Assembly: GCA_963791435.1 (NCBI GenBank)
Contig: CAWBSL010000003.1
Span: 186,320-250,319 of the forward strand
Length of the DNA stretch: 64,000 bases
Source: Candidatus Dormiibacterota bacterium
GTDB lineage: Bacteria > Chloroflexota > Dormibacteria > Aeolococcales > Aeolococcaceae
Direction: 5' to 3'
Shown piece after piece: positions 57,881 to 64,000 of the stretch (position 1 is its first letter; each line of letters opens with the position of its first letter). The translations under genes and the position numbers were made by a program. The notes under the pieces were generated by a model. That model was not told where the DNA came from, searched no databases, and saw only the letters and a list, made by a program, of their open reading frames with translations.

Positions 57881-58796
57881 GTCGCTTTCTCACCGGCCGG
57901 AGCGCGGGATTGCCGATCTCGTCGAAGGCATAGTTCACCAGAGCGAACCCGGCGCCCATGAGTGCCACTGCGGCGCCGGGAGCCAGTGCCCACCACGCGT
58001 TTCCCGCCTCGAGGGCGCCGCCCTGCTGCGCGTAGTACAGCATCGTTCCCCAGGTCAGCTCGGTGCTGTTGCCGAGACCGAGGAACTGCAGGCCCGCGGC
58101 GAACCCGACCACGAACACGGAGAGCCCGAGGAAGGACGCCACGATGAGCGACGTCATCGTCGGGATGATCTCGACGAAGATGATGTACGAGGTGCGTTCG
58201 CCCCGCACTTTCGCCGCCGACAGGAATTCGCGAGCACGCAGCGAGAGTCCCTGAGACCGCAGCTGTCGCGCCTGGAACGCCCAGCTCGTGGCCGTCAGCA
58301 CCACGATCATCGTGACCGAACCAGGCGGGAGGTACGACGCGAGCACGATGAGCAGCGGCAGCGTCGGGATGATCAGGAAGATGTCGGTGAGCAGCGACAG
58401 GGAACGATCGGTGAGGCCGCCGACATACGCAGCAGTGACTCCGATGACCATCGAGATGACCGTGGCGATCGCACTGACGACCACGGTGACGATCAGCGTG
58501 AGGCGGGTGCCCCAGATCACTTGCGAGAAGACGTCCTGACCCAGCTGCGTCGTGCCGAGGAGGTGCTGTGCCGACGGGCCGAGGTCCTGACCGTAGATGG
58601 CCGCTTGAGGATCGTCACGCGCGATCACGCCAGGAAAGATCGCCACCAGCACGAGGATCAACAGGATCACTGTCCCGGCCGTGGCCTTGCGATTGCGGAT
58701 GATCGCCTGCGTGAAGCGCGCGAACGCACTCTGCGGGCGATCCGTCGCGACGGCATCAACCGGCTCCGCGTCGGCGGTGATGATGGCGGTGCTCAT
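57861..58796 (-). CDS. Opp/Dpp-family ABC permease (OppC-like)
   Basis: HLLGTTQLGQDVF, EAA loop REFLSAAKVRG, LGLG...WG. Confidence 0.93.
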   Translation of the reverse strand: MSTAIITADAEPVDAVATDRPQSAFARFTQAIIRNRKATAGTVILLILVLVAIFPGVIARDDPQAAIYGQDLGPSAQHLLGTTQLGQDVFSQVIWGTRLTLIVTVVVSAIATVISMVIGVTAAYVGGLTDRSLSLLTDIFLIIPTLPLLIVLASYLPPGSVTMIVVLTATSWAFQARQLRSQGLSLRAREFLSAAKVRGERTSYIIFVEIIPTMTSLIVASFLGLSVFVVGFAAGLQFLGLGNSTELTWGTMLYYAQQGGALEAGNAWWALAPGAAVALMGAGFALVNYAFDEIGNPALRPVRKRRARKPA

Positions 58797-58808
58797 GCGT
58801 TGCGCTCG

Positions 58809-59780
58809 CTATGCATCGCGCGTCCGCGGATCCAACCCGGCAGTGGCGAGGTCTGCCACGAGCACGCACACGAGCACCGCCAGCGTGTACACGAGGAACA
58901 GCGCCTGCATCAACGGCAGATCGTGGTCGGTCGTGCTCGTGTAGAAGAGATAGCCGAGCCCGGGGTACGAGAACGTGTACTCGATGAGAATGGATCCCCC
59001 CAGCACGTACCCGAGCTGCATCGCGAATCCCGTCAGGTTGGGAAGGATGGCGTTGCGTGCGGCGTAATCGATCATGATCCGCCAGCTCTTCAGCCCCTTG
59101 GCACGGCCCATCTTCACGTAGTCCTCGGCGAGCGTGGTGATCATGTTGTTGCGCATGGAGTAGATCCAGAGTCCGGCTGTCACCACGACAAGGCTGATGC
59201 CGGGAAGGATCGCGTGGACGAGCACGTCCCCGACGAAGGACAGCGACAGCGACGGCTCGATACCGATGCTGTAGTTGGAGCTGAGCGGGAGCCAGTTGAG
59301 CGTGACCGCGAACACGTAGAGGAGGAGAAGACCGACGAAGAAGACGGGGAACGAGGCGACGATGAAGAGCATCGGCGGCAGAACGCCGTCGAGCTTGCCG
59401 CCGCGGCGCCACGCACCCAGGACGCCGACCAATGTCCCGATGCCGAAGGCGATCACCGTCGTGACGCCGACCAGCCCGAGCGTCCAGGGCAGCTTGCTGA
59501 TGATCTCGGTCAGCACCGGAACCCGTTGCGCGGTGAGGCCGAACTGGCCCGTCAGGCAGTTGCCGATGTACTGCAGATAGGTGATGAGCAGGTTCTGATG
59601 CACGTTGACACCGAACTCGATCTCCAGCGCGTGCAGGGCCGCGGGGTTGACATTGCGGAACGTTGCCAGCACCGCCTGCGCCTCATTGCCCGGCATGACG
59701 CGCGGAATGATGAAATTGACGGTGAGCGCGGCCCAGAGCGTGATGAGAAAGAGGCCGACGCGGCGGGTGACGTACCTCAC
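58809..59780 (-). CDS. Opp/Dpp-family ABC permease (OppB-like)
   Basis: NFIIPRVMPG, EDYVKMGRAKGL, RNAILP, FSYPGLG. Confidence 0.93.
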   Translation of the reverse strand: MRYVTRRVGLFLITLWAALTVNFIIPRVMPGNEAQAVLATFRNVNPAALHALEIEFGVNVHQNLLITYLQYIGNCLTGQFGLTAQRVPVLTEIISKLPWTLGLVGVTTVIAFGIGTLVGVLGAWRRGGKLDGVLPPMLFIVASFPVFFVGLLLLYVFAVTLNWLPLSSNYSIGIEPSLSLSFVGDVLVHAILPGISLVVVTAGLWIYSMRNNMITTLAEDYVKMGRAKGLKSWRIMIDYAARNAILPNLTGFAMQLGYVLGGSILIEYTFSYPGLGYLFYTSTTDHDLPLMQALFLVYTLAVLVCVLVADLATAGLDPRTRDA

Positions 59781-59822
59781 CGCCGCGTCGGCCGAGCCCT
59801 GACCCAGCGCATGGGGGCTACG

Positions 59823-61562
59823 CTAGCTCACCGGATAGAGTTTGGTGAGCACGACGCCGTTGTCAGGGGTTGCCCAGACGGGAGGCTGCGCATACGGATC
59901 CGACGGCGTCGGCCAGCCGCCGAAGCTCGTGGTGTCGTACTGGTACCAGTCCACGCCTTCGACCACCGGGATCACCGGGAGGTCCTGAGCCATGACTTGC
60001 GAGATCTGATGGATGATCGTGAGCTGCTCCGCCGGCGTCGCGCCGGAGTATTCGTTGAAGAGGGCGTCAGTCGCAACCGACTTGTAGCGCTCGTAGTTGG
60101 TGGAGCCGATGCTCCCGCTGAAGAGCATGGGGCGCAGCTCGTAGTACGGACCTGGCCCCGCGACCGGCATCTCGCCATACGCGAGCTGGAAGTTGCCGTT
60201 CTGCGTGTCGTTGGTGTACGGCGTGCTGTCCTCGTCCTGGACGGTCACGTTGATGCCGACGGCCTTGAGCTCCTGGGTGATGACCTGGAGTGACGCGTCC
60301 CAGTCCGTGTAGCCGCTGATCGTCTTGATGGTGAACGAGAGTTGCTGGCCCTGCGCGTTCGCGTAGATGCCGTTCGATCCCTTGGTGAAGCCGGCCGCCT
60401 GTAGCGTCGACTCAGCCTTTGACGGGCTGTACGTGGTGGGGTCGAGCGACTTCTCGTACCACGCCTGGTACGTCGGCAGCACGATGCCCGTCTGGTTCGC
60501 CGCGGGCTCGTATCCGCTCTCGCCGCGCTGCGAGACCTGGGAGCGATCGATCGCCATGGAGATGGCCTGGCGGACTGCGAGGTTGCCGAGCAGCGGGTTG
60601 CTCAGGTTGGGGAAGAGCGAGACGTTGAGCGTCGGCGGGAACCAGTAGTGGCGCGTCGACGGGCTCTTGTTGATGTAGTAGGACTGGATGTTGGGGATGT
60701 ACTGGGCGCCCCACTGCGCCTCGCCCTGCGCGAGATAGAGATTGGCCGAGGTGTTGCTCAGGAACGCGGGGTAGTCGACCTCCGCGACCTGCGGCACCGG
60801 GTGCCCCGGTGTGCTCTGCCAGTAGTGGGTGTTGCGCAGGTATTTGATGTTGTCCTGCGAGCAGTCAGACATGAGATACGGGCCGGTGCCAACGGGAGTG
60901 GCATCCGCTGCAGTGTCGAGCTTGGTCTGGTCGAGGCTGCCCCAGATGTGCTGCGGGATGATCGGGGTCTGGTCCGCGACGTAATAGAAGTACGACTGTG
61001 CCGCCGCGTTGAAGGTGAACACGACCTGGTTGGTGCCCTGCAACGCAACGTTGGTGAGCGGCCCGCTGTCCACCGACCACAGCGCGTTGAGGTCGAGCGC
61101 CGGATCCGCCTTCAGGGCATTGAACGTGTACACGACGTCATTCGCGGTGAACGGGCTGCCGTCACTCCATTTCACGCCCGACCGGATCGTCATGGTCAGC
61201 GTCTTGAAGTCGGCACTCCAGCTCGATCCTGTGGCGAGCCACGGGGTCACCTTCGGCGTCCCGTCCGGGTTGGTCTGGAGGATGTTGATGAACTCGAGCG
61301 GCTCGTAGATGAATCCGATCGACGTGATGTTCACCGACGGGTTGAACGGATTGAACTGACAGGTCCACGTGCTCCCGCTCTCGTTGTCGATGAGGAGCTT
61401 GCCGCCGATCTTGCCGGTGTTCGCTGTCCCGCCGCTGGTCGCCGTCGATGCCGAGCCGCAGGCTGCAGCAAGCACCCCGGCCACAGCCATCACGGTGATC
61501 GGCTTGAGGCGTCGCGTTGACCGGCCGACGGGATTCCTGTTCGGTCGCCACGTTCCTAGCAT
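59823..61562 (-). CDS. Family 5 solute-binding lipoprotein, probably oligosaccharide-binding
   Basis: Lipobox LAAAC, FNPF, IYEPL, KWSDG, PVGTGPY, GYTDW, GWPT..DPY. Confidence 0.9.
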   Translation of the reverse strand: MLGTWRPNRNPVGRSTRRLKPITVMAVAGVLAAACGSASTATSGGTANTGKIGGKLLIDNESGSTWTCQFNPFNPSVNITSIGFIYEPLEFINILQTNPDGTPKVTPWLATGSSWSADFKTLTMTIRSGVKWSDGSPFTANDVVYTFNALKADPALDLNALWSVDSGPLTNVALQGTNQVVFTFNAAAQSYFYYVADQTPIIPQHIWGSLDQTKLDTAADATPVGTGPYLMSDCSQDNIKYLRNTHYWQSTPGHPVPQVAEVDYPAFLSNTSANLYLAQGEAQWGAQYIPNIQSYYINKSPSTRHYWFPPTLNVSLFPNLSNPLLGNLAVRQAISMAIDRSQVSQRGESGYEPAANQTGIVLPTYQAWYEKSLDPTTYSPSKAESTLQAAGFTKGSNGIYANAQGQQLSFTIKTISGYTDWDASLQVITQELKAVGINVTVQDEDSTPYTNDTQNGNFQLAYGEMPVAGPGPYYELRPMLFSGSIGSTNYERYKSVATDALFNEYSGATPAEQLTIIHQISQVMAQDLPVIPVVEGVDWYQYDTTSFGGWPTPSDPYAQPPVWATPDNGVVLTKLYPVS

Positions 61563-61627
61563 CCGGGTTCCTCCGAAGTCTCGCTGTCCCCGCAGGGTGG
61601 GTGAGAGTGATCCGCGGCCGGTAATTT

Positions 61628-61766
61628 ATAGGAAAGCTACCTTAACATCAGCACTGTGGTCAACCACCTCCCAGACGTCGCGATCGGATGCCCAAACACG
61701 GCCTCTCAAGTTCGAGCCCACGCCGCCGCTTGACAGCAGTGGCAGCTGATAGGAAGAATCCCTAAC
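61628..61766. promoter_or_regulatory. Candidate ROK operators at the divergent ABC/GH9 promoters
   Basis: ATAGGAAAGCTACCTTAAC (61628) and ATAGGAAGAATCCCTAAC (61749); TTGACA at 61730. Confidence 0.55.
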
Positions 61767-61767
61767 C

Positions 61768-63741
61768 ATGAGACCTCGTCCAGCGCGTCGTCGACGGCGG
61801 ATCGCCCTCCGTCAGGCGGTGCTGGTGACCGCGTCCGTGCTGGTCACTCTCCCGGCGCTGATCCCTGCAGGTGGGGCAGAGGCGGCGCCGGCGGTTCATG
61901 CACAGGTTCGGGTCGATCAGGTGGGCTACGCCACCAACGCAACCAAGCGCGCGTACCTGATGACTTCGGCGGCGCGTCCGGGAGTCGTGTTCCGGGTGGT
62001 GAGCTCGCGTGGCGTGACCGTGTACACATCGACCGTCGGCGCGGATCAAGGCGCGTGGAGCGCCTCGTACCCGGACGTGTACGCGATGGACTTCAACGCC
62101 GTCCATGCTGCCGGCTCGTATCACATCGTGGTGAGCGACGGATCGATGTACGCGCGCTCGCCGCGGTTCCAGGTTGCGAGCCCGGCGCGGCTGTACGCGA
62201 CCGCGATGACGAACTCGCTGTCGTTCTATCAGAACGAGCGTGACGGACCCGACTACATTCCTTCCGCGTTGCGATCCGCGCCGGGGCATCTCAATGACGA
62301 GGGTGCGATGACGTATCTCATCCCGGTCGTCAACAGCAACGGTGACTTCAAGGGTGACCTGACGCCGCTCGGCGTCACCATCGATGCCGCCGGTGGCTGG
62401 TGGGATGCGGGTGACTATCTGAAGTTCACCGAGACGATCAGCTACGTCGTCGGCATGATGGAGACCGACGTCCGCGATTTTCCGAACCAGCTCGGATCGG
62501 GCTCTGCCACATCCAACTACACCGCAGAGGCGGCGTTCGGGATCAGCTGGCTCGAGAACATGTGGAACGACAGCACGAAAACGCTGTACCTGCAGGTCGG
62601 CATCGGCGAGGGCAACAGCAAGATCACCGGCGACCACGACATCTGGCGGCTGCCGCAGGCTGACGACGCGTATGGTGGAAGCAATCCGGAGGATCGCTAC
62701 ATCCGCAACCGGCCGGTGTTCCGCGCCGGAGCGCCAGGGTCGCTCATCAGCCCCAATCTCGCGGGGAGGCTCGCGGCGGACTTCGCGCTCTGCTACCAGC
62801 TCGATCGCGTGACCGAGCCTGCGCAGGCCGCCACCTGTCTCGAGGACGCCGAGGACATCTACGCCCTCGCGAACACGCATCCGGGTCGCCTGCAGACGGC
62901 CATTCCCTACGACTTCTACCCCGAGAAGGAATGGCGCGACGACCTCGAGTGGGGCGCGACCGAGCTCTACGACGCCCTGTCGGCGGGCCCGGTGCCGGCC
63001 GGTGTTCCGAACACGAACGCGATGTACTACCTGCGTCAGGCGGCGCACTGGGCGCGCGCGTACATCACGGGTCCGTACGACGCAGCCGACACGCTCAACC
63101 TGTATGACGTCACCGGCCTTGCGCACTTCGAGCTCTACAAGGCGATCGAGCATGCAGGCAACCCCAGTGGACTCGAGGTGACCAAGGCACAGCTTCTCGC
63201 CGACCTCGGCAAGCAGCTCAACAAGGCCGTGGCGCAGAGCAACTCCGACCCCTTCGGGTTCGGGTTCCCCTGGGACACCTTCGACACGACAAGCCATGGC
63301 GCCGGCCTCGTGGTGATGGCCGCGGAGTACGACGAGCTCACCGGTACGGACGCCTACGCGAGCGATGACTCACGCTGGCTCGGCAACATCCTGGGCGCCA
63401 ACGCCTGGGGTACCTCGCTGATCGTCGGTGATGGGACCACCTTCCCCGATTGCATGCAGCACCAGGTCGCGAATCTCGCCGGGTCGCTGAACGGCACCAC
63501 GCCGATTCTCGCCGGTGCGGCTGTGGAAGGCCCGAACTCCTTCGCCGCAACCGGCGTGGTTGCGGGGATGCGCACGTGTCCTGCTGACGGCGTCGACACG
63601 TTCGCGCAATTCAACAGCGCCACCGCGATCTTCCAGGACAACGTGCAGTCGTGGTCGACGGATGAGCCCGCGCTCGACCTCACCGCCTCGTCGCCGATGG
63701 CATTCGCGTGGCAGATCGACAACGACCCGAGCGTTCCTTGA
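61768..63741 (+). CDS. Secreted glycoside hydrolase family 9 with N-terminal Ig-like domain
   Basis: Arg-rich signal peptide, VRVDQVGY, GGWWDAGDYLKF, LGANAWG, C-terminal WSTDEPALD. Confidence 0.92.
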   Translation: MRPRPARRRRRIALRQAVLVTASVLVTLPALIPAGGAEAAPAVHAQVRVDQVGYATNATKRAYLMTSAARPGVVFRVVSSRGVTVYTSTVGADQGAWSASYPDVYAMDFNAVHAAGSYHIVVSDGSMYARSPRFQVASPARLYATAMTNSLSFYQNERDGPDYIPSALRSAPGHLNDEGAMTYLIPVVNSNGDFKGDLTPLGVTIDAAGGWWDAGDYLKFTETISYVVGMMETDVRDFPNQLGSGSATSNYTAEAAFGISWLENMWNDSTKTLYLQVGIGEGNSKITGDHDIWRLPQADDAYGGSNPEDRYIRNRPVFRAGAPGSLISPNLAGRLAADFALCYQLDRVTEPAQAATCLEDAEDIYALANTHPGRLQTAIPYDFYPEKEWRDDLEWGATELYDALSAGPVPAGVPNTNAMYYLRQAAHWARAYITGPYDAADTLNLYDVTGLAHFELYKAIEHAGNPSGLEVTKAQLLADLGKQLNKAVAQSNSDPFGFGFPWDTFDTTSHGAGLVVMAAEYDELTGTDAYASDDSRWLGNILGANAWGTSLIVGDGTTFPDCMQHQVANLAGSLNGTTPILAGAAVEGPNSFAATGVVAGMRTCPADGVDTFAQFNSATAIFQDNVQSWSTDEPALDLTASSPMAFAWQIDNDPSVP

Positions 63742-63805
63742 TGGTCTTGCAGCACGATGCTGTAGACAACCACCCTTACTAACCATCGTCGGGAGACAGA
63801 ACTCG

Positions 63806-64000
63806 ATGCCGGCACCGGAAGCGGCGAAGCCCAGTCTGCTTCGCGCCATCAACCTGCGCACCACCTTCGAGCTGGTGCACGCAGGCGGTCCCGTGGCCGC
63901 CCCGCACGTCGTCCGGAGCACGGGGCTTTCCAAGCCCACCGTCTCCGAGGTCCTCGGACAGCTCGTGGATCTCGGCCTGCTGCGCAGGGTCGGACGGACG
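63806..64000 (+). CDS. ROK-family transcriptional regulator, N-terminal HTH (truncated by the window edge)
   Basis: PSLLRAINLR...TGLSKPTVSEVLGQLVDLGLL. Confidence 0.8.
   Translation, partial: MPAPEAAKPSLLRAINLRTTFELVHAGGPVAAPHVVRSTGLSKPTVSEVLGQLVDLGLLRRVGRT

Noticed and set aside
1-64000. CRISPR arrays, IS elements, prophage genes and the many long antisense ORFs
   Set aside because: No repeat-spacer arrays, transposase or integrase were found. The long antisense ORFs are high-GC shadows of recognisable genes.

Overview
A high-GC bacterial chromosomal segment, mostly core housekeeping genes. Gene content and style suggest Chloroflexota or Ca. Dormibacterota, but this is an inference only. 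In order it contains: PLD, lon, a trpD / zinc-ribbon / rnhA / DUF1028 block, rnpB and pepE; a dcw cluster (mraZ-rsmH-ftsL-ftsI-mraY-murD-ftsW-murG-mpl/murC-murB-ddl-alpha/beta hydrolase-membrane MurF-ftsQ); about 7 kb of accessory genes; ftsA-ftsZ-nrdR-yggS-ileS-lspA-rluA-gmk-coaBC-priA-def-fmt-smpB; hflX, an MFS gene and tmRNA; a small accessory block; and an Opp-type ABC transporter with a GH9 glycosidase and a ROK regulator. Main observations: (1) ten of about twelve apparent frameshifts are the same single-base insertion (GAGTC/GACTC read as GAGTTC/GAACTC), which suggests a DNA modification at that motif corrupted base-calling; (2) two tandem NrdR-box-like sites 32 bp apart precede ftsA-ftsZ-nrdR, suggesting nucleotide-pool control of division genes; (3) the dcw cluster has an Mpl-like ligase in the murC slot, lacks murE, and carries a ddl-esterase-membrane MurF cassette; (4) a tmRNA-5'-like stretch follows smpB; (5) Lon carries an insertion of about 135 aa of low-complexity sequence. 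No CRISPR array, integrase or intact transposase was seen.
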